Part shown: in pieces, positions 1-12,854 of the stretch
Layout: each line of letters opens with the position of its first letter
Numbering within the stretch: position 1 is the first letter of the stretch
From: Octopus sinensis
Taxonomy: Eukaryota
Assembly: GCF_006345805.1 (NCBI RefSeq)
Contig: NC_043023.1
Coordinates: forward strand, 17,670,001 to 17,734,000
Direction of reading: 5' to 3'
Length of the DNA: 64,000 bases
Position numbers and translations under genes: made by a program
Notes under the pieces: generated by a model
The model's database searches: none
What the model saw: the letters and a program-made list of their open reading frames with translations, nothing else
What the model was told of the DNA's origin: nothing

Positions 1-305
1 ATACATACATACATACATACATACATACATACATACATACATACATGCATACATACATACATACATACATACATACATACACATATATATACATATATAG
101 ACATACATTTATATATAATCACAGTATACATACATGCATGCATGCATGCATACATACACATATACATACATAAACGCATACATATATGCATACATACATA
201 CATACATATATACATACATACATGCATGCATGCAAATATACATACATGTATACATATATGCTTGCATACATACACATATACATACATGCATGCATGCATA
301 CATAT

Positions 306-338
<33 letters not shown>

Positions 339-378
339 CACATATTCATGCATATATATATGTATGCATGTGTATGTA
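1..378. repeat. Degenerate (ATAC)n/(ATGC)n microsatellite
   Basis: Direct reading; paralogous tracts at ~19260-19803 and ~58338-58665. Confidence 0.95.
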
Positions 379-384
379 AGTGAA

Positions 385-643
385 GGCGCATGGCTTAGTG
401 GTTAGGGCATTCGGCTGACGATTGTAAGGTTGTGAGTTCGATTCCCGGCGAGGCGTTGTGTCCTTGAGCAAGACACTTTATTTCCCGTTGCTCCTGTACA
501 CTCAGCTGGCAAAAATGGGTTGTACCTGTATGTCAAAGGGCCGGCCTTGTCACACTCTGTGTCACGCTGAATCTCCCTGAGAACTACGTTAAGGGTACTC
601 GTGTCTGTGGATTGCTCAGTCACTTGCACGTTAATTCCACGAG
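385..643 (+). mobile_element. tRNA-derived CORE-type SINE (family A)
   Basis: Pol III A box TGGCTTAGTGG (391-401), B box GAGTTCGATTCC (~434-445), CORE-like GTGTCCTTGAGCAAGACACTTTA (~458-480). Confidence 0.85.
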
Positions 644-866
644 GGTACATATCCGGGAATATTTGTTAATGGATAACCGGCAGTCACCCATGCATAACAG
701 CATAGCCTCTCTGTGCCAACAATGTTATCCAATGGCAAGTCAAAGACAGATGCAGCTTCGGCCCAGGGATGTCACAACTCATTTCAACAGTTGAGTGAAC
801 TGGAGTAAAGTGAAATAAAGTGTCTTGCTCACTAACTTCAACACACAGCCGTTCCATGAATCGACA
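644..866 (-). mobile_element. Fragment of CORE-type SINE family B
   Basis: Reverse complement of part of the 4927-5345 element (GAGCAAGACACTTTATTTCAC core); paralogues at ~20066-20286 and ~58932-59151. Confidence 0.75.
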
Positions 867-1170
867 ATGTTCGCAAAAGTAGGAGCTACCCTCATCCCTA
901 TCACCGTGCCCGATTTTTGTCTATAATTGTCCTCGTTTAAGTTGAAGAAGTTGTTATGTAGGATGGATTTTGTTCCTTCAACAATGAATTCCTTTCTTAT
1001 TCGGTCATTTGGGAAATTTTCCTGCCAGGATTCTACAGCCATTATTCCGAAATCGTGAGGAATCGATGTGTAGAGGTTTATTATATCGAATGAAACCAGA
1101 AAGGAGTCCTTACGGGAGATAGTTTAAAAAGTTCAGATCATCCCTTATAAAACTCGGTATATGTTTCACA
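867..1170 (-). pseudogene. Penelope-like element (PLE) reverse transcriptase fragment
   Basis: Manual translation gives VKHIPSFIRDDLNFLNYLP, then after a frameshift DSFLVSFDIINLYTSIPHDFGIMAV..ILHNNFFNLNEDNYRQKSGTVIGMRVAPTFANI. This matches PLE RT motifs PSYIKD, LVSLDVxSLYTxIP and YxQxxGTAMGxxxAPxxAN. Confidence 0.85.
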
Positions 1171-1296
1171 TTCCAAAAAGTGTATCCTTCAATTTTGTAA
1201 AGAAAAATATTTCAAATTTCTGTGCAATTAGCTCTAATTTCTATTACCATATACGGTCGCATACAAAACGTGCGAAACTGGGCCGTAATCTGTCAA

Positions 1297-1411
<115 letters not shown>

Positions 1412-1465
1412 TATGTCTGTCCCCACAGCATCGCTAATATAATTATATATATATATATACATGTA

Positions 1466-1630
1466 GGCGCAGGAGTGGCTGTGTGGTAAGTAGCTTGCTA
1501 ACCAACCACATGGTTCAGGGTTCAGTCCCACTGCGTGGCATTTTGGGCAAGTGTCTTCTGCTATAGCCCCGGGCCGACTAATGCCTTGTGAGTGGATTTG
1601 GTAGACGGAAAATGAAAAAGAAGTATGTCG
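1466..1630 (+). mobile_element. tRNA-derived SINE family C, 5' half only
   Basis: A box TGGCTGTGTGG, B-box-like GGTTCAGTCCC, CORE-like TTGGGCAAGTGTCTT; full copy at 20978-21395. Confidence 0.85.
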
Positions 1631-1707
<77 letters not shown>

Positions 1708-2386
1708 TATGTATGTATATGCATATATACATATATATATATATATTGGACAGATTTCCATGCAGTTTCCATGCATAAATATGTATGTATGAATGTATGT
1801 ATGTATGTATGTATGTATGTATGTATGTATGTATGTATGTATGTATGCATGTGCGAACGTATGTATGCATATATGTAGGTCTGGTTGCATGCATATATGT
1901 ATATGTATGCGTGTATGTATGTGTGCAAGCATTCATGTATATATATATGTATGTATATATGTATATATGTGTGTATATGTATATATGTATAAATGTATGT
2001 ATGAATATACGCAAGCATGGATGAATATTTGCAAGTGCATTTATATATGAATTCTTAAATGTATTAAGGGTGTGTGTATGTGTGTTTCTGTGGCTGTTTT
2101 GAGTTTTTGTGTGTATGTATGTGTGTGTGTGTGTGTGTGTGTGTGCATGCGTTAGTGAGATATTTTGTGTGTTTGCTTGTCATCTGATTGCAACCTGACA
2201 CGTTGTTACTTTGTTTATGTCACTATAAATAAACTTTTACCGTTACAGGTCGGAAGCATAAGAACAGATTACAAATAAATAAATAAATATATAGGTCCAG
2301 TTAAAGCGACGAAAATTTTTCAAGCCGGAGCCGTAGCATGGCCACAATCCAATGAACGAAAGAAATCCAAGGTTACTAAGGAGCTT

Positions 2387-3053
2387 CTAGAAGCCTGAAG
2401 CTTGCCTATGTAACCTTTCGAGGTCAAACTTAATGGTCACAGGCTTCTGATCACTGTAGTTAACGTAGTGAAATTGTGCACGCACAAATACATCTTTAAC
2501 TATACATCTAAGAAATAGCCTGTCCATATAAGATCTAGAAGACCCATCGCTATTCATCCATGTCCACAGTGGAGCGTCTGGGTGTTCTAGTATATACAGA
2601 TTTAACCAGCAAAAAACGCTTAAGCAGATCGAAGAGATACGTGTTTCTCCTCCTATCCTATTCGAGCAAACACAATCCACTAAGGAGTGTGACGTTCCTA
2701 GAAAATTCTCTAGCCTAGAAAATTGTCTAACTGTCCGGCCGTCGGAGTTCATAAACAGCCACCAGCCTGGAAGACTTATCAATGATGAGGTTTACATCAA
2801 ATACGACCAGGCTACTCCCACCCCCGGATCAATAAAGATTACTCTTGTCGCTGAATCGAATTTTAGACCACCCCTCCTCACATTTCTCGTAGCAATTTAG
2901 GAGAGGAGAAATGCTTGTCAGTCCACTCAGCCAGGTTTCTCTAACTACTACCACATCCAAATTAAGCGACACGAGGTCATTGAGGAAAAGCCCTTATTTC
3001 CAATTCGATGACAGAATGCAAACATTAAAAGACTCAACGTTGAGAGTAAACAT
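2387..3053 (-). pseudogene. Tx1/L1-like LINE ORF2 N-terminal AP endonuclease fragment
   Basis: MFTLNVESFNV..NDLVSLNLDVVVVRETWL..LEHPDAPLWTWMNSDGSSRSYMDRLF..YSDQKPV..RQASGF, corresponding to APE motifs NV, D..ET, HP..TW..S.(I/L)DR and SDH; carries stops and frameshifts. Confidence 0.8.
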
Positions 3054-3157
3054 GAAAAAAATAATTTGGTCAACCTTAGGTTGGAGATGGGCGTTCACCC
3101 CTCCCCTTCCATTTATTTCGGAGCTTGTGAAGTCTCTGGGTGTGGGTGTGTGTGTGT

Positions 3158-3197
<40 letters not shown>

Positions 3198-4077
3198 ACG
3201 TTCATGTGTGTTCTTATCCTACGATTGCAGCTTGACACGGTGTTGTTTTGTTTATGTCTCTATAAAGCAACGTTGAGCGATCCAGGACGAAAGAAATTAA
3301 TTAGAAATTAATTAGAAATAAATTAATTAGAAATTAATAAATAAACATGTCCAGTTAATCCGTCAGAAACTCTTGAAGGCGGTGCTCCAGCATGGCCACT
3401 ATCCAATGAATGAAAAAAATCGAAGGGACTGAGCGAACTGCTAAAACCTTTGATTTAAGGTTGTTCTATAGAGCTTATTACTGAATAACTCCAACCTCCC
3501 ATGCTTCACTCTCTCCCTCCCTCTCCCTCTCTCACAAACACACACACACACACACACCCACACACACCCACCCACACACACACCCACACACACACATACA
3601 AACACACACACACATACAAACCCATACACAAATAGACACAGGGAAAGAAGCACAGGCATACAGAATAAAAGCACACACGCAGACATATACGCTAACATTA
3701 ATAGGCATATTTTCAGTCAAGGGAGGCTACTCTCTATCATATGACCTGTAATAGTGAGTTACCTCCCTTAACACTATTTTATAATTCCTTTTAAATGCGC
3801 TGAATATAAACTATTTTTTACGGCCAATCGTTTCCATTTTTTAAACATCGGAACGCAGCCATGCTGGAGCACTGCATTGAAGTGTTCAGTCAACCACACG
3901 GCGAGTAGTGCTTCTCTTTATTCAGATTGCTGCTTATTTGTTTGTTCTGGCTTCATATAACAGCTACGTTACATGGATGTAAACAAAAACAGTCGATTGT
4001 CAAGTGGTGAATATTGGACAAACAGAAACATATATGGCTATATATGTATAAGTGTGTGTGTGTGTATATATATATGT

Positions 4078-4386
4078 ATCACGTGATCACGTGACCGACA
4101 AGGCTATCAGATGTTGCTTCACATCGCTGGTCACAATGCACTTCGCATTGTTTTAGCCTTCAAATGACGCCACCCCGATGGCTAAGCAAGCAGGCCAACA
4201 GACGAAAGAGTGGGAGAAAGTTGTGGTGAAAGAGTACAGCAGGGATCACCACCAGCCCCTATCGGAGCCTAGTGGACCTATAGGTCTTTTCGCACAATAT
4301 ACACTCACAACACTCGGTCTGGGAATCGATACCGCGATACTACGACCGCGTGTCCGCTGCCCGAACCGCTCGGCCATTGCGCCTCC
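4078..4386 (-). mobile_element. tRNA-derived SINE family D (tRNA-Arg-like head), full length
   Basis: Minus strand GGAGGCGCAATGGCCGAGCGGTT (A box), GGTATCGATTCCC (B box) and a CACGTGAT-repeat tail. Confidence 0.85.
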
Positions 4387-4429
4387 ATTTATAGTATATT
4401 TATTCATTTACATATATATAATATATATA

Positions 4430-4465
<36 letters not shown>

Positions 4466-4494
4466 TATATATATATATATATAAATATATATAA

Positions 4495-4531
<37 letters not shown>

Positions 4532-4586
4532 ATATATATATTATATATATATATAATTATATTAATTTATATATATATATATTTCT

Positions 4587-4845
4587 AGGGAGACATGGAG
4601 GAGATTTAACCCACCCCTCCTACATTTTTCGTGAAATACGTAGTAAAATTTGGAGATAATGATTCTAAATAAAGTCATTGTTTGTAAAATGCCATTTATT
4701 GAAAATAAAATAAATAAATCTCGCCTCCAGATTCTACGGTTTTTAACCAGACTATCTACATGCTAGAAATAGAAGCCATACCACGCGCAAAATTCTTTCG
4801 GCACATAATTACAGTCTCTGTATCGAATGCTTTGCATTTTACCTC
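4587..4845 (+). repeat. Unclassified interspersed repeat with core GATTCTACGG...CATGCTAGAAA
   Basis: About 20 related copies by eye in both orientations (e.g. near 8590, 12325, 17725, 24580, 32645, 35045, 44870, 54590); no credible ORF. Confidence 0.75.
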
Positions 4846-4926
4846 ATGGGGCCACAGAGTCACTTCGTTACTATCATCTATCTCTTTTTCCTACTCTTCG
4901 TTTTCTCTTCCTCTCTGCTTCCGCAA

Positions 4927-5345
4927 TGTGAAAGTACATGGCTCAGTGGTGAGATCGTCAGGCTCACACTCTCGAGATAGTGAGATCGATTCATGGAACG
5001 GGCTGTTTGTTGAATTTCTTGAGCAAGATACTTTATTTCACGTTACTCCAGTTCATTCAGCTGTTGAAATGATTTGTGACATCCCGGGCCGAAGCTGTAT
5101 CAGTCTTTGAATTGCCCTTGGATAACTTTGTTGGCATGGAGAGGGTATGCTGTTATGCATGGGTGTCTGCCGGTCATCCATAAACAAACTTGCCCGGATA
5201 TGTACCTTGGTGGGGAACTTTCTACGTGCAATCTCCTGGTCATTCATTACCAAAGAGGATCTAGAAAAACATGCACTACCGTACCTCCTTCTCCTAAATC
5301 TTTCACTTATCCACTAGCATGAAACTGACCCCACCCCTCCAACAG
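4927..5345 (+). mobile_element. Old CORE-type SINE family B
   Basis: A box TGGCTCAGTGG, degenerate B box GAGATCGATTC, core CTTGAGCAAGATACTTTATTTCAC; copies at ~16610-17030(-), 24778-25190, 32845-33265, 35250-35650, 45070-45475. Confidence 0.75.
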
Positions 5346-6318
5346 GATGGCAAATTTGGAGTCATTGACACTATGCAGTGGCGCCCAGTTATGTTACTTC
5401 TGTAACTCTGGATACTAAAGTTTTTGATAAGTCCTTCCAGGATCATTCAAGATATATATATTATGGCATATATTTCTCACCTACACTCTAAGGAATAGTG
5501 TCTTAATCTCTTGAGTCTTTTCCAATAGCTTATATACTGCATAGAGGCTACCTTTTTCGTGTAGCTTCGTTGTATTGTCTCACGTTCTGCGATTAATTTG
5601 TCACTGGTTGGTGACCATAGCCGAGAGCAATTATCAAAGTGGCTTAGGACAAGTGTCCTCTAGAGGACCATCATGGTTTCTTGTTCTGAATATTCTAAGA
5701 ATGCATCCAGTCAGCCGCCTACATTTCATTGCCAATTTATCAACATGCACATGAAAGGTTGCATCATTACTGATGTAAATGCCCAGGTCTCGCACTGATT
5801 GTGCCTCTGGGATTGCAATCCCTCCAGGTCTAATGTATTTACTGGGTATTGCATTCAGTTTTGCATGCTGATAGCATAAAGCTTGTAACTTTTCAGCATT
5901 GAACTGCATGCTATTCTTTTCGGCCCATTTGGTATATTTCATCCAGCTCACATTGTAGGTGCATAGCGTCTTTAGGGTTCTGTATTACATGTGAAACTTT
6001 TGTATCATCTGCATAACCTGTGATCGTGGCTCTCTGTGTGGCTGAGGGCATGTCTGAGAGGGCAATTATGAACAGTAGTTGTCCGAAAATAGTGCTTTGC
6101 GAAATAGTGCTCACTATTTGCGAGTCATTTGACTTCTATCCTTCAGAAATTCATGAAGCCATTCTCCCAATTTTCCAACCATGCCAAGATGACGCACATT
6201 GTGACATATCATTCCATGATAAAACTTTATCAACGGCCTGTGCAACGTCGAGATATAACACTTCCACATTTGAGTGGTTGAGCAGCTGTTTCAGCAACCA
6301 GTCACAGTATTGTAAGAA
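5346..6318 (-). pseudogene. Decayed CR1-group LINE reverse transcriptase fragment
   Basis: GQLLFIIALSDMP..YADDTKV..WAEKNSMQFNAEK..VRDLGI; many lesions. Confidence 0.85.
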
Positions 6319-6323
6319 TGTAT

Positions 6324-6504
6324 TAGCTTGCTAACGAATCCCAGTGTTCCATGTTCGGTCCCACTGCGTGGCAACTTGGGCATGTGTCTTCTACTATAGC
6401 CTCAGGCCGACCAAAGACGGGTCAGTGGATTTGGCAAACGGAAACTAAAAGAAGCCTATCGTATGTATGTCTATATATATATATATATTATATATAGATA
6501 TATC

Positions 6505-6536
<32 letters not shown>

Positions 6537-6705
6537 TATATATTTATTTATATATAGTGGATTTGTGTTAATTAGCTTGCTACGAACCACATTCTTCCAG
6601 GTTCAGTCCTGGTAACTTCGGCATGTGTCTTCTATTATAGCCCCAGGCCAACCAAAGCCTTGTCAGTGGATTTGCAAGACGGAAACTGAAAGAAGCCTAT
6701 CGTAT
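6324..6705 (+). mobile_element. Two tandem truncated SINE family C heads separated by (TA)n
   Basis: TAGCTTGCTAAC...GTGGATTTGG..ACGGAAACT occurs at ~6324-6465 and ~6572-6705. Confidence 0.7.
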
Positions 6706-6715
6706 ATATGTATCT

Positions 6716-6754
<39 letters not shown>

Positions 6755-6802
6755 TATATATTATATATATATATAAATTAGAGATAGAGAGACGAGAGAG
6801 AG

Positions 6803-6851
<49 letters not shown>

Positions 6852-6948
6852 CATAGATACATAGATACATAGATACATAGATAGATAGATATATAGATAG
6901 ATAGATAGATAGATAGACAGACAGATGGATAGATAGAAACGTAGATAC

Positions 6949-7011
<63 letters not shown>

Positions 7012-7078
7012 CATAGATACATAGATATATAGATAGACAGACAGATAGATAGATGGATAGATAGATAGGTAGATAGAT
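6803..7078. repeat. (GATA)n microsatellite
   Basis: Direct reading; paralogous tracts at ~37597-37967 and ~53170-53580. Confidence 0.95.
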
Positions 7079-7867
7079 ATTAATGTGTATACGTTTGTGT
7101 GCCTGTGTTTCTCCCCACAACATCACTTGACAACCGATGCTAATATATACATACATGCATGTGTGTGTGGGTGGGTGTGATAGTAGATTAGTAGATTGAT
7201 TGCATATTTCTTTCATTATTTCATCAGAGCTTTCTTCTGCCAACAAATGCCGATATGGGAATTTTTCGAAATTCCCACTAATTCTAGGAAAATCTGTTTC
7301 TAAAAGAATTCCAATATAATCAGCATGTACACCATATGTCAAACATTTTATTAAAAATAACAACCTTTCTTGAAGTTAAACCGAAGCAAATTCGAGGGTC
7401 ATATTTGTGCAGGAATAACCCATAGGCATTCGATACAGATTGTGAACGTATGTGCCAAAAACAGTTGTGTGAGATTTGGCTGTTTTCTAGCATGTGATAT
7501 CCTGTTTGAAGCCGTAGAATCGGGAGGGGTGGAGGTTGAAGCAGATTGAGATGGCAACCTCAATAGTCGGGTAGTATGATATAAAAGCACCGAGCCCATG
7601 CTGTAAATTGGTTGATGTAGGAAAGGCATCTAACCAGAAATAGGAGACCAAAGCAGACATTTGAGCGGAGTGCGTCCTTGGATCCTGTCCAGTCCAAGCC
7701 AAGAGAAAGGAACATGGATGTTAGATGATGATGACAATGATGATGATGTTATTTACTTTGTTGATGATGACAATCAAGGAAATGATGAATATGATTATAA
7801 GCAACTTAGAATTGTTTTGTAAATGATTATTGATATATATATATATATATATTGGGTGTGTGTTAAT

Positions 7868-8272
7868 TAGCTTGCTAACGAACGACATGGTTCCTGGTTC
7901 AGTCCCACTGCGTGTTACCTTGTGTATGTGTCTTCTACTATAGCCTCAGGACGACCAAGGCCTTGTGAGTGGATTTGGTTGACGGAAACTGAAAAAAGCC
8001 CATCGTATATATATATATATACACATATACGTGTGTATGTATGTGTGTGTGTGTGTGTTGTGTGTGTGGTGTATGTGTGTATGTCTGTCTGTGTGTCTGT
8101 GTGTGTCCCCGCAACGTCGCTTGATTACCGATGCTTGTGTTTTTACGACCCCGTTACCCAGCGTTTCGGCAAATTGAGAGTGATTAAATAAATAAAATGC
8201 TTACAAAAAATATCTCCTACGGCCGGTTTGCCTGTCCAAATGCGACACAGAACAAAACAGTAAAGTACAAAA
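7868..8272 (+). mobile_element. Diverged SINE family C with internal (TA)n(TG)n tract
   Basis: Head and tail similar to 20978-21395; inverted paralogue at ~12570-12995. Confidence 0.75.
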
Positions 8273-8312
8273 TTCTCTCTCTCTCTCTCTCTCAATATAT
8301 ATATATATATAC

Positions 8313-8358
<46 letters not shown>

Positions 8359-8874
8359 TATATATATATATATAATAATATATATATATATGATATATTA
8401 TATAATATAATATATATATCTATATATATATTAGATATATATATATATATAATATATATATATATGTATAATGCATGTGTGTGAAGCAAAATTGAAGGGT
8501 ACAATTGTGTAGGAATATCCCATAGGCGTTAGATACAGAGTATATACGTATGTTCCAAACGCAGTTTGTGTGCGATTTGCTGCTTTTTCTAGCATGTGGA
8601 TATCCTGTTTGAAGCCCATAGAATCGGGAGGGGAGAGGGTTGATGCAGATTTTTTTATTTTATATTCGAGAATTTCCAGAATCATAATTTCGTTTATTTT
8701 TATCACCTTTTTTGCCCCAAAAAACTTTGGAAAGCGAAAAATGAAGAAAGGAGGGTGCAATTGAAATTTGGAATCGGTATCTCCATAACCGTAAACATGG
8801 TTCTCCGTAAAAAATACAAAATCGTGTTAGGGGTGGGTTCCGTCTCCACAATGTGTACATCACCTTACCACCAA

Positions 8875-9065
8875 GGTGAACAGGAGAAAGAAATATCTCG
8901 TAGCAGTTTAGGAGGGGAGAAATGCTTCAAATTGCACCCAGCCAGGTTTCTCTCACTACTACCACATCCAAATTTTTAGACCTGAGGTCATTGAGGAAGA
9001 TCCGTTGATTCCAATTCGTTGCCTGGCGGCAAACATTTAACTACGTTACGTTGAGTGTAAACATG
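8875..9065 (-). pseudogene. Short Tx1/L1-like endonuclease N-terminal fragment
   Basis: Homologous to ~2880-3053; further short copies at ~11897-12070(+), 14660-14830(+), 33780-33935(-), 39420-39606(-), 49795-49980(-), 54880-55062(-). Confidence 0.7.
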
Positions 9066-9385
9066 AAGAAAAAATTGGTCTACCTAGGTTAGAGATGGGC
9101 GTTAACACTCACGTTTCATTTATTTGGGAGCTAGTGAAGTCTTCATGTGTGTGTGTATGTGCGTGCGTGTGGTGTGTGTGAGTCTTCATGTTTAGGTGTG
9201 TTCTCATCCTACGATCGCAGACTGACACTGTGTTGCTTTGTTTATGTCTCTATAAAGCACACATTCATTGATGAGGACGGAAGAATAAGGACAGATTACA
9301 AAAAAAAAGTAATTAAAAAGGTCCAGTGAACCCGACGGAAAACGTCAAGGACGTGCCAAGCATGCCCAAGCATGCAAAGTCTGTT

Positions 9386-9886
9386 ACGTGGTGTGGTGTG
9401 TGCGTGTGTGTTGTGTGTTTGTATGTGTGTGTATGTGTGTGTACGTGTGTGTGTGTGTGCGCGTCGTGGTGTGGTATGTGTGTGATTGTGTGTGTACGTG
9501 TGGCTGTGTGTGTGGCGTGTGCGTTATGTGGTGTGTTGTATGTGTGTGTGTGGTGTGTGTGTGGTGGTGTGTGTGTGTGTAACATGTGTGTTGTGTGTGT
9601 GTATGTGTGTGTGTGTGGCGTATGTGTGTACGTGTGTGTGCGTGTGGCGTATGTGTGTGTACGGTGGGTGCGTGTGCGTATGTGTGTGTACGGGGGGGTG
9701 TGTGTGCGTGTGCGTATGGTGTGTGTACGGTGTGTGCGTGTGGTAGTGTGGTACGTGTGTGTGTGCGTGTGCGTATGTGTGGTGTATGTGTGGTGTGTGC
9801 CGTATGTGTGTGATGTGTGTGTGTGTGCGTGTGCGTATGTGTGTGTATGTGTGTGTGTGCGTATGTGTGTGTATGTGTGTGTGTGC

Positions 9887-9936
<50 letters not shown>

Positions 9937-9947
9937 AGGTGTATGTG
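9386..9947. repeat. Long degenerate (TG)n tract
   Basis: Direct reading. Confidence 0.9.
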
Positions 9948-10572
9948 TTCATGGTTATGTTTCTCCTTATCCTATGATCGCAGCCTGACACGGTGTTGCT
10001 TTGTTTGTGTCTCCATGAAGCAACGTTGAGCGACACAAGACGGAAGAATAAGGAGAAATTACAAATAAATAAATAAATAGGTCCAGTTAACCCGTCAGAA
10101 ACTCTCGAAGGCGGTGCCCCAGCATGGCCACAATCCAATGAATGACGGAAATCCAGGGTAAAGAGCAAACTGTTAAAAGATTCGATGTAAGGATGTTCTT
10201 TAGAGCTTATTTCTGCATTACTCCATCCTCCCATGTTTTCCTCTCCCCCTCTCTCTCTCTCTCTCGCAAATACACCCACCCACCCACACCCACACACACA
10301 CATACACATACACACACATAACTCCGCATATACAAACAGATTCAAGGATAGAAGCGTTTGAACACACCGAACAAAAAAGCACACACGCAAAAAAATATAC
10401 ACGAACTTAAACAGGGATATTTTACGTCAATTATGACTTATATTTGAGAGTTACCTCCCTTAAGACTATTTTATAATTAATTTTATCTGCCTTAAATATA
10501 AATGAATTTTGACGGCCTATCGTTTGCATTACTTAAACGTTGGAAGGTTTGTGTGTGTGTGTGTATGTGTGT

Positions 10573-10643
<71 letters not shown>

Positions 10644-10764
10644 ATGTATGTGTGTGCGTGTGTGTGTGCGTGTGTGTTCATGTTTATGTGTGTCCTTATC
10701 CTTCGATTACAGCCTGACATGGTGTTGCTTTGTTTATGTTTCTATAAGGCAAATTTTAGTATTG

Positions 10765-11175
10765 AACTGCATGCTATTCTTTTCAGCCCCCTTGTATATT
10801 TTGTCCAGCTCACATTGCAGGTGCATAGTGTCTTCAGGGTTCTGTGTTACCTGTGAAACTTGTATCATCTGCATAACTTGTGATCGTGGCGTTCTGAGGG
10901 CATTCTGAGATGGCCATTATGAGCAGAAGTGGTCTCAAAACAAAGCCTTGTGGCACACGGGTCCCTATTTGCTACTACCACCTGATTTCTATACTTCAGA
11001 AAGTCATGAAGCCATTCTCAGAATTTTCGAACTATGCCAAGATCACGCAGTTTGTGACATATCATTCCATGATAAAACTTTATCAACCTTTATCGGCCTT
11101 TGCAACGTCGAGATATAACACTTCCACATTTGAGTGGCTGAGCAGCTGTTTCAGCAACCAGTCACAGTATATTAT
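10765..11175 (-). pseudogene. CR1-group RT fragment (paralogue of 5346-6318)
   Basis: YCDWLLKQLLSHSNVEVLYLDVAKADK and YADD-region DNA; plus-strand paralogues at ~40070-40320, 50460-50882 and 55555-55838. Confidence 0.75.
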
Positions 11176-11179
11176 AAGA

Positions 11180-11262
<83 letters not shown>

Positions 11263-12477
11263 AATATATATACATACATATAGTGTGTGTGTGTTTATTA
11301 GCTTACTAATGAACCACATTGTTCCAGTTTCAGTCCCACTGCTTGGCAAATTGCGCATGTGTCTTCTACTACGGCCTCGGGCCGACCCAAGTCTTGTCAG
11401 TGGATTTGGAAGACGGAGTATATGTATATATATATATATATGTATATATATATAGATATATATATATCAAACATTCTATTTGTCTTCTCTCTCTCGAAAA
11501 CCTGGAGTAATGCAGTAATAAGCTCTAAATTACATCCTTACTTCGAAGGTTTTAGTAATTTGCTCTTTTCCTTGGATTTCTTTCATTCATTGGACTGTGG
11601 CCATGCTGGGGCACCGACTTGAAGCGTTTCCGTCGAGTTGGCTTTATCTGTTTTTTATGTATTTGTAATCTGTCCTTATTCTTCCGTCCTATATCGCCGA
11701 ACGTTGCTTTATAGAGACATAAACAAAGCAACACCGTGCTAGGCTGCGATCATAGGATAAGGACACACATAAACATGAACACATACACACACGCACACAC
11801 ATACACCCACACATAGAGACTTCACTAGCTCCTAAATAAATGAAACGTGAGTGGTTAACGCCCATCTCTAACCTAAGGTAGACCAAAATTTTTCTTTATG
11901 TTTACACTCAACGTAATGTACTTAAATGTTTGCCGCCAGGCGACGAATTGAAAACAACGGATTTTCCTCAATGACCTCAGGTCTCAAAACTTGGATTTGG
12001 TAGTGTTGAGAGAAACCTGGCTGAGTGCAATTTCAAGCATTTCTCCCCTCCTAAACTGCTACGAGAAATTACCACCTTGGTGGTAAGGTGAGGTACACAT
12101 TGTGGAGACGTAACCCACCCCTAACACGTTTTTGTATTTTTTACGGAGAACCATGTTTTCGGTTTTGGAGATACCGATTCAAAATTCCAATTGCACCCTC
12201 CTTTCTTCATTTTTCGCTTTCTCAAATCTTTTGGGGCAAAATAGGTGATAAAAAAAAACGAGATCATGATACTGGAAATTCTCGAAAATAAAATAAAAAA
12301 ATCTGCATCAACCCTCTCCCCTCCCGATTCTATGGGCTTCAAACAGGATATCCACATGCTAGAAAAAGCAGCAAATCGCACACAAACTGTTATTGGAACA
12401 TACGTATATACTCTGTATCGAACGCCTATGGGATATTCCTACACAATTATACCCTTCAATTTTGCTTCACACACATG

Positions 12478-12537
<60 letters not shown>

Positions 12538-12819
12538 ATATATAATTATATATTATAAAATATATATATTTGTTTCTTTACTGTTTTGTTCTTTACCGCA
12601 TTTGGACAGGCAAACCGGCAGTAGCAGATATTTTTTTGTAAGCCTTTTATTTATTTAATCTCTCTCATTTTAACGAAACGCTAAGAGACGGGGTCGTAAA
12701 AACACAAGCATCGGTAATCAAGCGATGTTGCGGGGACACACACAGACACACAAACATACATACACACATACATACACAAAAGCACACACACAAACATACT
12801 CACGTATATATATATATAT

Positions 12820-12854
<35 letters not shown>

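Noticed and set aside
109-405. Numerous ORFs rich in YI/CV/HT/YLSI repeats here and throughout the window
   Set aside because: They are translations of (TA)n, (TG)n, (ATAC)n and (GATA)n tracts, which lack stop codons; there is no evidence of coding function.
385-450. tRNA-like sequences at SINE heads (also ~4320-4386 and ~20978-21045)
   Set aside because: No complete cloverleaf is evident and each continues into a SINE body, so they are not tRNA genes.
7195-7245. Minus-strand CTGATGA-AATAAT-GAAA resembling a hammerhead core (also near 38100 and 53715)
   Set aside because: Stem II is at most 1 bp and no stem I or stem III partner can be formed.
7180-7363. ORF start MLFLIKCLTYGVHADYIGILLE.. 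repeated at ~38250 and ~53865
   Set aside because: No recognisable domain, it runs into microsatellite, and it recurs only because the module is duplicated.
7724-7800. Acidic DDDDND-coding tract (several copies)
   Set aside because: A degenerate (GAT)n microsatellite inside a duplicated module, with no gene context.
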